Shown piece by piece: positions 51,147-64,000 of a stretch of DNA of 64,000 nucleotides (within the stretch, counting starts at the first letter, position 1; the number at the start of each line of letters is the position of its first letter). This DNA comes from Octopus bimaculoides (Eukaryota): contig NC_068990.1 of the NCBI RefSeq assembly GCF_001194135.2, forward strand, positions 48,387,558 through 48,451,557, in the 5' to 3' direction. Both the position numbers and the translations under genes were made by a program. The notes under the pieces are model-generated. The model saw nothing but the letters and a program-made list of their open reading frames with translations, was not told the DNA's origin and searched no databases.

Positions 51147-52410
51147 TAGCCACAGATATTACAATTATGCAAAAGAATGTTTGAAACAATTAATGAATAT
51201 AGTGTTTAATGTTCTTGATGATGGCAGTTTCATCATGTCTGAAAAACATGAAGAAGAACAGCACAACCTCAAATAGCTATATAAACTGATTCTTGAGTAG
51301 CAAGGCTTTTCTGCACTTAGTTTTCTCCCTGCTTACACTTAGAGTTAGTCCACACAATCTGATCCCACTCTTTAGACTTGAAGGTCAGACCTTAGTGGCT
51401 CAGTAGGCTAAGATGGTTGCAGTGATTGGCAAGCTGCAGGTTTTACATTGGAGTAGCCTTCTAGGTGAATTATCTTAGAGAGCTGGAGAGTTACACCTAC
51501 TCTGATTTAACGCTCTTACATTTCTACCAATCCAACATTGAAAAGTGGTGTTCTTTTAATCAATCTTCGAAGAATGAAAAACAAAGTTGACCACGACAGG
51601 ATTTGATCTCAGAGCACAGTAAATCAATTCACCAGACTCAAAGTTGAAATCAATAACAAAGCATAACTGTTGGGTTCAATTGAACATTACATTAGTTTTT
51701 ATCTGATGAACATTTGATTAAAGGTTGCAGTATATTATAACCTTTATGAGAATTTTCTGTAATACAACATCAATTTTAGATGAAACCATAAAATCTACAC
51801 TTCCCATAAATTTAACCATATTAATCATAACAAAATTAATATCCAGGGGATTGATAATTCAGAATGACAGCAGAAAGTCTTTGATCCAGCTAAACATTAG
51901 CTGAGTGGAAATGACATTGGGAGAGAAGCAAAAGCAAAGTTGTCTTCCAAACATTTCTAAATCATAGCTTTATACATAAAAAATACACTTCCAAATTCAT
52001 CATAAACATCCTTGAAACCTGCCCCAAAAGGCATAAAATGTTACTGAAAGATAAATACTGAAAATAATTATGTCAATAATACTAGATAAAAATGACTGAT
52101 ATCTTTAAAGATCTTAATATTATTAATACATTTATATAAAAGACTTATAATAATAGTCAATATATTTAGATACAAGAGCAGCTTCAATTGAATTCAATAC
52201 AATATTTTCATTGTATTTTACTATAAACCTTTCTCATACAAGTTTATGAGAGATACAATGGATGTATATACTATCTCTTCATAATTCAAGCCTCATCACC
52301 TTGGACAAATGACGTAGTTCTTTGACCCTATCAGATCTGTTGGTCGTAAAATATCTGGAAATATTCTCAGTATTGTTATAATAGCCTTAAATGATCAAAT
52401 AATTATAGGC

Positions 52411-52453
<43 letters not shown>

Positions 52454-53029
52454 GCAAGCAATAAGAATACTGTGTACTTAGTAATTTATAAACTCTACTA
52501 ATGTTATAAAAAATACTATCTCTAAAATATACATAGCTTTCCATGTTTAAATAAGCTAATAACAACAGTTATGTGAGATTTCAGAGACCTCCCTTTATCT
52601 CATCAAATAAAAATGTAAGCAGAACAAACTAGTATTGATTTTCCCCACAACACTACAAAATTGGAAATATCCTAGTCTATATGGTAGGTGTAAATGCTTG
52701 ACATAACACTGCTATCTCTCAATAAATCTTTACCAAATTTGGCATGACGGTTTAAATGCAACCCAAAACAGTACATATACAAAAATCTAGTGTTTGAGGC
52801 TCTCTTGGTGTAAAACAAGGAGGAGTCAAAGAAAAGATATAGTAAATTGTTAAGAGTGAGAGACAGAATAAACATAGGCAGTTGAGTAGGAGTGTTAGTA
52901 GGAGGTACATAAATATTCTTAAATATGTTTTCAGTTTGTGATAGTAAACTGTTTTTCTTTCCCCTTCAGTTTCTCTTTAATCTCTTTGTGCATCTCTGAT
53001 ACACATAGACACTCTTTCTCAATATATAT

Positions 53030-53059
<30 letters not shown>

Positions 53060-53063
<4 letters not shown>

Positions 53064-53338
53064 TATTTATATAAGCTTAAAGCTTATGGCGATCACCGTG
53101 CAATGACAAAGGAAAATAGTCTAACAAAGGGGCATATAAACCAACAACAGGAAAATGAAGGCTTTCCTATCCACATGGGACTTGAATCCACATCCCTTGT
53201 TAATGCGACTAAGTGTGTTACCTTTAAAGGTAACACACTTCTTTTTTCTGTCAAGGGCTTATATGCCCCTTTATTAGACTATTTTCCTTAGTCATCGCAC
53301 GGTGATAACCATAAGCTTTAAGTTTATATAAATACCAT
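53060..53338. mobile_element. Foldback/MITE with ~80-bp TIRs and an internal perfect 30-bp palindrome, next to (TA)n
   Basis: The TIRs are 53060-53139 and 53259-53338. aagtgtgttacctttaaaggtaacacactt lies at 53211-53240. Confidence 0.88.
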
Positions 53339-53384
53339 TATTATTATTTACAGGATTGTAAAACACAACACTGTATAACAAAAT

Positions 53385-53422
<38 letters not shown>

Positions 53423-54207
53423 AATAGATGTGTGTATTTTTCCCTTGTTAACAATTAACACGGAAAAAATAGATAAATAGTTACCAGGGTAGCAAAAAAA
53501 TCACACAAGTTAAAAGGGTGTAACTCCTTGTTTTTAAAGGTAGAAACTCCAAACTTACGTGAAATATATATATATGTATATAAGACAACATATATATATA
53601 TGGTGGGGATGCAGTACTCCAGCATGGCTAGAAACAGAGAGCAAACAACACCAGCAATAGCAAATCTGAGTGAAGTAATTAAAGTTTTGCTATGATAGAC
53701 TTTTTTCCTTCAATATAATGCATTCCTATCTTCAGATTATTTACTTACTAACCTATAGTTTACTTTAAACAATTGAACCGAAGTAAATTATGTAACACAT
53801 GCCTTGCTGAATGGACATGACATTACCAATGTTTTGTCTATTTGTGCTACTTTTATTAATATCCCAACACAATGTTATAAACATGAGCCTGTCTAAAACA
53901 TGTCTAAAACATTGGGCAGCATTAATTAGCAAGTCTGAATGGAATAAGCTCCTTAGAATAAATACACACAGAAATCGAAAACCAAAAATATAAAAGCAAA
54001 ATATCTAATGAACTCAAACTTCTTTAGGCAGTGGATTAGCAAAATTATTAGAGCATAAAACAAAATGCCTGCAGTATTTAGTAATTTTCTATAGTTCTTA
54101 GTTCAAATCCTGCTGAAGATGACCTCATTTTTTATCCTTTCAGGATAAATAAAATGAAATAGCAGTCAAGTAATTAGTACTAGGGTAGATTTGATATTTC
54201 TATAAAG

Positions 54208-54438
54208 CAGCGGTTCTCAACCATTTTCTTTTTTACACCTACAAGCTTCTCTGATTCCTCTTTTACTCAGGTATTCAATATTTTAAAAATCTTATTAAAT
54301 TTTTATAATTATAATATTAAAAAAAATTGCTAAAATGTTTGGTGTATTGTTGAAATATAACCAATTTATTGCACATAATTTTTAACAGAAAAATCTTATA
54401 TAGACCTCCAAAGGTCATATAGACCCTGAGAATCACTG
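54208..54438. mobile_element. hAT/Charlie-type MITE
   Basis: Termini are cagcggttctcaa... and ...tgagaatcactg. The 8-bp TSD is not clearly preserved. Confidence 0.55.
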
Positions 54439-55679
54439 TTACAAATGCATCATAAATTTGAAATGAATTATGCTAGACAATGGACCTGAGGTTTTCAATT
54501 CAGTAAACTATTTTTAAGTAAAAATACTTTTTTGTTATTGTATAGAAAATAATTAAAATTACTGATAATTTACTTTCATTAAGCAATAAGAAATATTAAG
54601 TAATTTCAAACATATGACATAAAGAAAATGTTTATAAACTATTTATTTTAAATTTCTGATATTCTCACTTGCAAAGATCTTCATGCAAGTTTAAGTTTTG
54701 ATTGTTCACTGATCTTCACACATACATGGGTGCAGGCATGTTCAGCAAGCATTTTCAACTATAGTCCAAGGTTGACCAATATTATGTAGGCAGAATTAGC
54801 AGGCAGAAACTGTATGGAAACCTTTTTTTGTGTGTGTGTATGTGTGTGTGTGTGTGCATGCATGTGTGTATGTGTGTGTGCATGCATGCAAATGTTTCAT
54901 TTTGTATCATCTTTGCATGAAATCTCATGTACAAAAATGGTGGCATGTTGAAAATTTTCTGCTAATAAATTATCCTGTAGCACAACACTTGTGCAAGTGA
55001 AATAGAAATTCCTTACTTATGAAACTGATATAGTGACAGGAAGTGTATCTAGCTGTAAGAAAAAATTCCACAATAATATGTCTTTGTCTAACCTGTATTA
55101 GCATGGGAAAATGGATGCTAAACAAATGAATGAATGAACAAAAGAAAACTGGAACAATTATCAAGCAGTACCTCTCAGTTATTTACAAGTTATACAAAGT
55201 GGAACTCAGTGTTCTACATCCTCAGGACACACACAGAAACAAACTGTTCTTCTCCATCCATCTAGTTTCATTAAGAAATATTTTAGTGGAACGAAACACT
55301 AAATTGTCATATCTCTTTACCCCAATCACATATGTTGATTCCACTTATTTTTATCTCAGCAACATTTTCCTTTCACACTACATATGTAATACAAAAAGAA
55401 TAATAATTCAAGAACAAATGTATTACACTATTTTTACAAAGTCTTGTTTTTTTCTCTGTTATCAATGATTGATTTCTTTTTTTTTTTTTTTCATGTATGA
55501 ATTACTTTACTATTCAGACTAGCAATTCTGAACTTTTGAAATACATACTATTCAAGCATGCTAGCATATTAGCTTATCATAACACTTAGGCCAATAGAGA
55601 TCTACATTTCTGGTGGCACATGAAAAATAAGCGTACTTAAAACAATACATTGCTACTGGTTCTATAATATTTTCTACAC

Positions 55680-56152
<473 letters not shown>

Positions 56153-56294
56153 AAAAAATACTCATCATCTCATGAGCTAAATAGAGGCATCACTTTGTTC
56201 TTGGATTCTATATTTCTATAAATACTTAGCAGCAAACATAAGCAAAAATAATTGCTAAATCCATGCAGATTTCTTACATTAAAGCATGCAAACT

Positions 56295-56475
56295 TTTGAC
56301 ACACACACACACACACACATACATACATACATACAGAAAGAGAAAGACATATATATATACATATGCATACATATATATACATATACATACATATATACAC
56401 ATATATATTCATATACATACACACACATACAATATACACATGACACACAGGTGTACACACACATACATATATGTA
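56295..56475. repeat. CA/TA-rich low-complexity microsatellite mosaic
   Basis: Directly visible. Confidence 0.9.
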
Positions 56476-56773
56476 TGTATCTGCACACAAACACCAACCT
56501 CTATTTCAAGTCAGTTTATAAGCACACACAAAAGAGAGAAAAAAAAAACTATAAAAATTTACTATCTACTGTATTTCATCTTCAAGCTAAATTGCAGGAA
56601 AAGATCTTTTGTTGTTTTCTGTTTTGTTTTCCCACCACATCTATCCATTCCTGCCAAGATGTAAGGAAATAATTTGATCCAAGCTTTTCGCTGTATAAAC
56701 CCACTATATCAGAGTGATGTCAGTTTACAATCAGCAGGAAAGAGTAACATACACACATATGTATGTACTCACT

Positions 56774-56820
<47 letters not shown>

Positions 56821-57602
56821 CTATAAAACGGAAAGAGTAAAGGCAGTGCGTACAGCAAGAGAGAATGAGAGAGTAGTACAATAAACTAGTTCAAGAGGGC
56901 GACAGAATTAACTCAGAGAAAAGAAAGGCAAAACTGATGAAAGCCAATAATTGATTTATTGATTATTACTTTGAACAGTGTCTTGTTAATTTTTTTGTGT
57001 TTTTGTTTTTACTTATCTTTAAAGATGTTACTAAAAGATGTTTTACAGTCAATAAATAAAATTAAAAGGGTGAGTGAAATGTTATCAATATTACAAAAGT
57101 ATATAAGAAGGAAATATATAAGCCTATTGTAAATTTACAGTTTAAGTTGTTTGACAAATCATCTAATAGAAGAAGCTGCCTCACTAAGTTTCTTTGGAAG
57201 ACAGTTATGGCTTCCTTTCTTGAGATGATCGATTTGCTTTAAAATACTTACTATTTCACTACACAATGACACTGTAAAAATATAACCTCTTCTTGTTAAC
57301 CATTTAAGGCCACAATAAAACATTTGTAGGGCTATTGTCAATTAACAAAATGCTTATTCTCTTTCTCTCTATCTATCTCTCTATCTCTCTATCTCTCTCT
57401 CTCTCTTTCTCTCTCACTGGAACAGGTAAAGTTGTTTTGTTAAATACTTGTGATGAAATATGAACTTACAAAATGCAAAAACTATATATATATATATGTA
57501 TGTCTATATGCTGCATAGTTTCCATAGATTTGTATAATGTTAGGTGCAAATATATTTAATTTAAATCATTGTTTCCAGTGCCCTTTTCTATCAAATTTAA
57601 TA

Positions 57603-57795
57603 TTCTTTTACTTGTTTCAGTCATCTGACTGCAGCCATGCCAGAGCACCGCCTTTAATCGAACAAATCAACCCTACAACTTATTCCTTGTAAGCCTAGTA
57701 CTTATTCTATCGGTCTATTTTGCTAAACCACTAAGTTACAGGGACGTAAACACACCAACATTGGTGTCAAGCAATGGTAGTGGGGACAAACACAG

Positions 57796-57829
<34 letters not shown>

Positions 57830-57950
57830 GACAAGCTTCTTTCAGTTTCTATCTACCAAATTCAGTCACAAGGTTTTGGCCCAATGTGCCGTACAGTGGG
57901 ACTGAACCCAGAACCATGTGGTTGGGAAGCAAGCTTCTTACCACAGAGCC
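57603..57950 (-). mobile_element. SINE family B copy (internal deletion), inverted relative to 55680-56152
   Basis: tcttttacttgtttcagtcat...aagcctagtacttattctatcggtc...gaaccatgtggttgggaagcaagcttcttaccaca. Confidence 0.85.
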
Positions 57951-58099
57951 AAAAGAAAATATAATAGACCTCAAAATATTGTTATTGCATAATATTAATT
58001 TTTTTTTTTTTTTTACGAAATATTTCTCAAACAACTACTTAGATAAAACACACACACTAAATATGATTTTTATTCATTTTAGTAATCAAGAATCTTGTA

Positions 58100-58418
58100 G
58101 AGAATTCTTTGGAGGAATTTCAACCATGTTTCGTGGTCTGCTACCACAACAGCTCCTTTATAGGATCCAGTTAGCTCAAGACATCATCAGGAGGAACCAC
58201 GTCCAGTTTTGGCCCCTACTCCTCTACCCTTTTGACGTGGTGGGGCCCCTCCTTTCGGAGGTGTCTTCAGCTCTGGTGTTGGGTACATGTCTTCTTTCAC
58301 TGTTTGTGACTGTTCTAATTCAACTGTGGAATGTCCCTCGCTATGGCTATTTTCCAGGAGGTTCTGGCCACACGTCTTACGGTTCATCAACCTGCGTTGT
58401 TGAATTACTTTCTTCTGA
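58100..58418 (-). mobile_element. GC/CpG-rich segment probably belonging to the HERO/NeSL-like element across the gap
   Basis: Composition resembles 58951-59330, and the minus frame is open from the gap to 58187. The link across the gap is inferred. Confidence 0.45.
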
Positions 58419-58950
58419 NNNNNNNNNNNNNNNNNNNNNNNNNNNNNNNNNNNNNNNNNNNNNNNNNNNNNNNNNNNNNNNNNNNNNNNNNNNNNNNNNN
58501 NNNNNNNNNNNNNNNNNNNNNNNNNNNNNNNNNNNNNNNNNNNNNNNNNNNNNNNNNNNNNNNNNNNNNNNNNNNNNNNNNNNNNNNNNNNNNNNNNNNN
58601 NNNNNNNNNNNNNNNNNNNNNNNNNNNNNNNNNNNNNNNNNNNNNNNNNNNNNNNNNNNNNNNNNNNNNNNNNNNNNNNNNNNNNNNNNNNNNNNNNNNN
58701 NNNNNNNNNNNNNNNNNNNNNNNNNNNNNNNNNNNNNNNNNNNNNNNNNNNNNNNNNNNNNNNNNNNNNNNNNNNNNNNNNNNNNNNNNNNNNNNNNNNN
58801 NNNNNNNNNNNNNNNNNNNNNNNNNNNNNNNNNNNNNNNNNNNNNNNNNNNNNNNNNNNNNNNNNNNNNNNNNNNNNNNNNNNNNNNNNNNNNNNNNNNN
58901 NNNNNNNNNNNNNNNNNNNNNNNNNNNNNNNNNNNNNNNNNNNNNNNNNN

Positions 58951-59335
58951 NAATGGAGGGCGCGAAGCCACTTCAGTGTTAGCCTGTCTCACCTAGATAT
59001 GTTATGAGTTTCAAGCCATATTCGGTCTTCCCGCTTCAGCCATATATAGAAGCTGGCTTTTTCGACCGCCTCCTGTATCCTCCTTATCAGTTTTCTCAGT
59101 TCCGAGTTTGAAAACGCAAATCTTCTCTTGAATAGCGTTGTCATTTTTCTTTCAATGAAGCCTCTAGCCCCCACTGCCAGATGGTAGTACTCGACAGTCC
59201 ATCCCTGTTCTCTGTACTCTTCGATTAGTTTTTCATATCTCTTCTCCTTTCGTTTCTCTGCATTGTCGATGTTTTCTTCCCATGGTACTGTCAGTTCTAG
59301 CAAGATTCCTATTCTCTGTTCTGTATAATCACAAC
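58951..59335 (-). mobile_element. HERO/NeSL-type RLE non-LTR retrotransposon C-terminus, 5'-truncated, apparently young
   Basis: Uninterrupted LELTVPWEENID.AEKRKEKRYEKLIEE..EQGW......AVGARGF...EAVEKASFYIWLKR*, typical of the RLE domain of that group. CpGs are retained. Confidence 0.8.
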
Positions 59336-59814
59336 GTTTGTAACTGCCATGCCAGTTTTAAAATGTGCCATATTTTATAAAACCACAATCATTAGTTTTA
59401 GAGCTTCTAAACATATCATTACATGCAACTTTTTTTTGGCAATTTTAAAATAATCACTGTATTTATGTTAACATTTTTAAATGGTTATAAACCCTAAGAG
59501 ACTGCAAACTCATTTCTTTCTAACAGATCTCCTTCATTCACTTAATGCTTCCAGACAATCTTAATCCTATTTTAGTAATCTTACTTCTTCTTTCAAATTT
59601 AATTTATTCTATGAGTCATTTAAATTTCTATTTTGCTAGGATTGCAAATTTAGCTGAGATATCTCCTTTGACTTAAAAGTCATCTTAAGTGTAGCCAATA
59701 CCAAATTTATGAAAATCTATGTCAGCAGTTTGAGTATTCTGACTTTTCTAAAAATATAATTTCTCATCCATATAACTATAAAAATAATTTACTGAAGATT
59801 CACTTATCCATCAT

Positions 59815-60545
59815 TTCTTTCTACAATAGGCACAAGGCCTGGAATCTGGCAGGAGGAGCCAGTTGGTTACATCATCCCCAGTACTCAACTGATAGTTAGT
59901 TTGTTTTATTGATCCCAAAAGGATGAAAGGCAAAGTTGACCTCAGCAGCATTTAACTACAGAATGTAAAGCTGGAAGAAATGCCATTAAACATTTTGTTT
60001 GTATGCAAATGTTTCTGTCAGCTTGCCACTCTTCATATCAATGGTGTGCCCTAGCATGGCCATAGCCTATGGTCTGGACTGCAAATGAATATAAAAATAC
60101 ATGAAATAACATGTTCAATAATAACTTTCTACTATGGATGCAAAACCTGAAATTTGGAGGAGGGGGATGGTGCTAATCCATTACATCGATCCCAGTACTC
60201 AACTGGCACTTATCTTATCAACCTTGAAAGGATGAAAGGAAAAGCTGATTCCAGTGGGATTTGAACTCAAAACATAAAATGTCAAAAGAAATAAAAAGTC
60301 AAAAGCATTTTATCTGACATATTAGCTATTCAATATTAATAATTTTTCTTTCTACTTTAGCACAAGGCCTGGAATTTTGGAGGGGGAGGCAAGTCAATTA
60401 CATTGACACCAGTGCTCAACTGGTACTTATTTTATCAACCCTGAAAGGATGAAAAGGCAAAGTTGACCTCGGTAGAATTTGAACTCAGATTGTAAAGCAT
60501 CAGAAGAAATGTCACTAAGCATTTTGTCCGATGCACTAAGCATTA
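59815..60545 (-). mobile_element. Head-to-tail trimer of SINE-A
   Basis: Three copies of ctttctac...gcacaaggcctggaat...ctcaactgg...ggatgaaagg...gatttgaactc. Confidence 0.85.
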
Positions 60546-60859
60546 AACATGTCCAGTAATAATGATAGCAACAGTAATAAGTTAGGAAAACAGATTTTAA
60601 AAAGGCTGAAAATATGACAGCAGAAATTAAAAATTATAAAATAAGAGAATTTATTAAACAATTTTACAGCTGTTTGCTGTCTGCTGGTTAAGCCTCTATA
60701 ATACAGCAGGTAATATAGTCATTTTTTAAGCTTAGTAAAATGTAGGCTCCTTCTGATCTTTCTTAATCTACTTCTGCCTCAATTAGCAAATTAATTTTCC
60801 AACTAAGTTGCCAGTGACATTTATAAACCCATTACTACACTTCCTAAATAAAACTAATT

Positions 60860-60990
60860 AAGGTGTACAGCCAAGTGATTACAGAGTTGGGTTCATGATC
60901 ACAAGTTTGGGAATTCAGTTCCTGGATTGAGCAGCGCATTGTATCCTTGAGCAAGGTACTTCATTTCATGTTGCTCCAGTCAAGTCAAGT
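60860..60990 (+). mobile_element. Decayed tRNA-like SINE head
   Basis: ...tgggaattcagttcctgg...gtatccttgagcaaggtacttcatttcatgttgctccagtc is typical of a SINE head and core. Confidence 0.5.
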
Positions 60991-63900
60991 GATTACCAGC
61001 TGGTTGATGAAACAGCTCTCTCTCCCTCCAGCTGTCGCATCTATGATGATCCACAGAGCCAAAGGCAGGAGGGTCACATAGGCATTTTCAATAATTTGTA
61101 AATTGTGTAAGGTACATGCAACCAAGTCATGATCACTTTCAAGTTAAGATTATGATGGTTCACTCATTAAATGAAATACCTAAGTATTTCCTTCTCTCAA
61201 ATATACATCTTGCTTGATACTTAATTAGAGATGTTCATACTACTTATAAGAAAAGACTAGCCATGTTAAATTTAGTCTACTTGATTCAAGTAACTTGTTT
61301 TCAGCTTCAAACTTTTATTGGACAATTAAGTTCAATTGTTTAACTCACCCAGTTAAATTATGTCTTTCTTAGTACAAATTTATTGCTGAGATGAACAATA
61401 ATAAATACTTTATTACTCTGATATAGTTAGTGATATAGTTGTGATTGCTTCTAATCTTAGGTTATTTGAAGATGATTTACTTAAGTAACTTAGTGCTGAC
61501 ATATTGTATCCATGGAACATTTTAAAAAACTCGCAAAAAAAATATTCACTAAGGAAAGTCAATATTAATCAACAACTAATCTTCTGTAATTGTCTGAGAA
61601 ATGATAACTCCAAATATTTCAGTATTATTCTGACCTCATCAGCAAAGTATGTCATCACAGTATTTTTTTTTTTTTTTTTTTGTGAATGGTTTCGTCAGAG
61701 GAAGAGAGTCAGTGATCATGAAATTTTCGAATCTCCAAAACTGATGGAAGAGAGGAGGAAGTCATCCCCAAATGAAATAGAGTTCTTTAGAGAAAAACTA
61801 AGGGCTAGGTGATAATGATAAACTGAGCAAGAGATTAAAAGTTTAAGTTCACCAGCCAAGTAACCCAAAGTAAAGATGTACAATCTTATTCATTTGCTCC
61901 CTGGTTCTTAGCATTGATTACAGTAATTGTAAACAAGGTAAGGTCACTATATCTAGTAAACAAGAGATACTGAATCAATTGGTTTACACATCAATTGAAC
62001 TCAGAATCAATTGGTCTAACCATAATAGCACTAGATTTTAAAGTTTTACTTCTTTGGAGATTCAGCATTGTCTTCATCATCATCGTTTTTATATCTGCTT
62101 TTTTCAGATGCTGTTCCTGATGCCAACTATTACTTGTTTTTCAGGTGTAAGGCACTTTATCCCATATTTCTGCATGTCAAACTGCTACCAGATGTTTTAT
62201 TTAGGGGAGACATAAATATGCCATCACCTCTGAAACAGTGTCAATACATACACAAAATTATACAGAAAAGTGTAGTTAAACAATGGGCTTCTATACAGTT
62301 TTGTTCAATCAAATTTCACTCAAAACATTGGTCAGCCCAAGATATAGTAAAGACACTTTCTCAAAGTGCCATGCAGTATGGCAAAACCCAAAGCAATTTG
62401 ATGGCAAAGGTAACTTCTTCCCTTTAGAGTTAACATCTTAACCAGACAACCATATATGCATCTAACATTGTTGTATGAAAATACTTTCAACCCAACCCAA
62501 GATTTTTTCTGCACAAGCTCTTTTGACTATACAAGAATGCCTTGATATATATGAGTTAATCTGTTCCTGGAGACCACTCATAATGTAAAGACTCATAAAG
62601 CAAAGCAATAATTCCCCATAGTAGCAATGTTGTAAATTGTAATTCATTCCCAGAAAATTATTTTACCTATAAAATTTATAATGCTCATAAATAATGGCAA
62701 TAAAACAACAGTAGAATGTAAATTATAAAGAATGTTAAGATCATTTATGATAAAAAATATTATTATTATTATTACAATTGTATTCTGAATCACTTTCACT
62801 GGCACTAGACTCGTGCACATAATCACTTGTAGATGTGATTGCTGATTCACAAGCACTCATAGATGGATTTGTAAATTTCTTCTTAAAAAACATATATCTA
62901 AATTTGTTTGCTCAGAGGCTTTTTTTGCTCCCTATAAATTTCTCAGTAACATGCAGAAGCATTTGTTATGATAGTAGAAACTTTTGCACTTCATTCAAAA
63001 TTTGCATCTTGTGCTTTAACCTTTTTATATTTATTATAAAATAAAATTCGTAAATCTGGGGTCTCATAAAGTGGATCCTTGTAAAGTGAGGTATTACTGT
63101 ATAATGTTTTTTTTTTTACTTCTTTTACAGTAACTTCTTCAAACACCTCGTGTATAAATTATATATATCACACACTAGAGCATGATGCAGTCTTGGATAA
63201 TTCAGATCCAGTCAAACTGTCCAACCCATACCAGCATGGAACATGGTGATGATGACATCTGTGTGTGTGGGGGGGTGTAATTTTATCTATTATATAAATT
63301 TAATATAAATTTATTTAAATATAAATTCATCTATAATTATTTTCCAGGTGTTTATCTATAGTTATTTTCCAGTTGTCAGCCTTGGTCCACTAGCAGCCAT
63401 TTCTAGCGTTTTGTTCATCAACAACATGTCTGAGGAAAGAATTACAGGACAAATTCTACTGGCAAGGCCTACAAGTAAACCTTGAATGAGATCATTGGAT
63501 AATATCCATAGTCTCTGTCTTTCTTGAAGATCCAGATGGATAATATGCTGAAGTTGCTTTTGCTAGGTGTTCTCAGACAGAACAACATTGTCCAAGATAG
63601 AAGTGTACTATTTGAGAGAGCCATTTCTAGCAGGTCAAACAACAATGTCAAGGTTCCTTCAATGCTTCAGAATTTCTCCAGTCTTAACTAATGATGTTAC
63701 CAGTATAACAGTGAGCTGGTTAGATTATGGGAAAGTTCCCAGCCATCATTCTTTGCAATAAGTTAACAACAGCTTTACAGTAGATTATACCCCCCCCCAC
63801 CACCACCACCACCACCAATATACAATTACAGAATTATCTGGTGATTCCACTATACCCACTCCAGTTCTGTAGGTTTTCAGCCATTAGGTGGAGGTTGCTA

Positions 63901-64000
63901 TTATTCATGCTTGCAAGTTCAGGAAAAGTACTCACACATAGCTTACTTCTCAGTAAGTGGTTTAGTTACACTACATTGCAAATATATTGCTTGTTTACAT

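Noticed and set aside
51208-51262. TTGATGA...GAAA...gaaca hammerhead-like string
   Set aside because: C3 and U16.1 are missing and stem II does not form.
61590-61648. Minus-strand CTGATGA...GAAA hammerhead candidate
   Set aside because: There is no stem I partner after any NUH, and stems II and III are marginal.

Overview
AT-rich, microsatellite-dense eukaryotic DNA from a gapped short-read scaffold (N runs at 16472-16481, 27060-27363, 40121-40485, 41159-41605, 58419-58950). The repeat content points to a coleoid cephalopod, most likely Octopus (inference). Most of the window looks like intronic sequence of one unidentified minus-strand gene. It has one well-supported 861-bp Ser-rich exon (31825-32685), a probable terminal exon (9242-9460) and several tentative small exons. 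The rest is decayed mobile DNA: RTE, CR1, two R4/Dong-type and one HERO/NeSL-type non-LTR retrotransposons, a Gypsy pol interrupted by a Tc1 element, a Merlin/ISXO2-like transposase remnant, mariner/hAT/piggyBac-like pieces, several foldback elements and many tRNA-derived SINEs. No rRNA, bona fide tRNA or CRISPR was found, and most ORFs in the supplied track are TE fragments, microsatellite or N-gap artefacts. The most notable observations are: (1) a near-intact minimal type I hammerhead ribozyme inside a 110-bp unit bounded by 10-bp direct repeats (41994-42103); (2) a back-to-back pair of homologous, decayed hammerheads (30231-30377); (3) repeated tail-to-tail nesting of (TAA)n-tailed retroelements into SINE (ATT)n tails; (4) several long hairpin/foldback structures. 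Most TE and SINE boundaries are approximate (about 10-30 bp).
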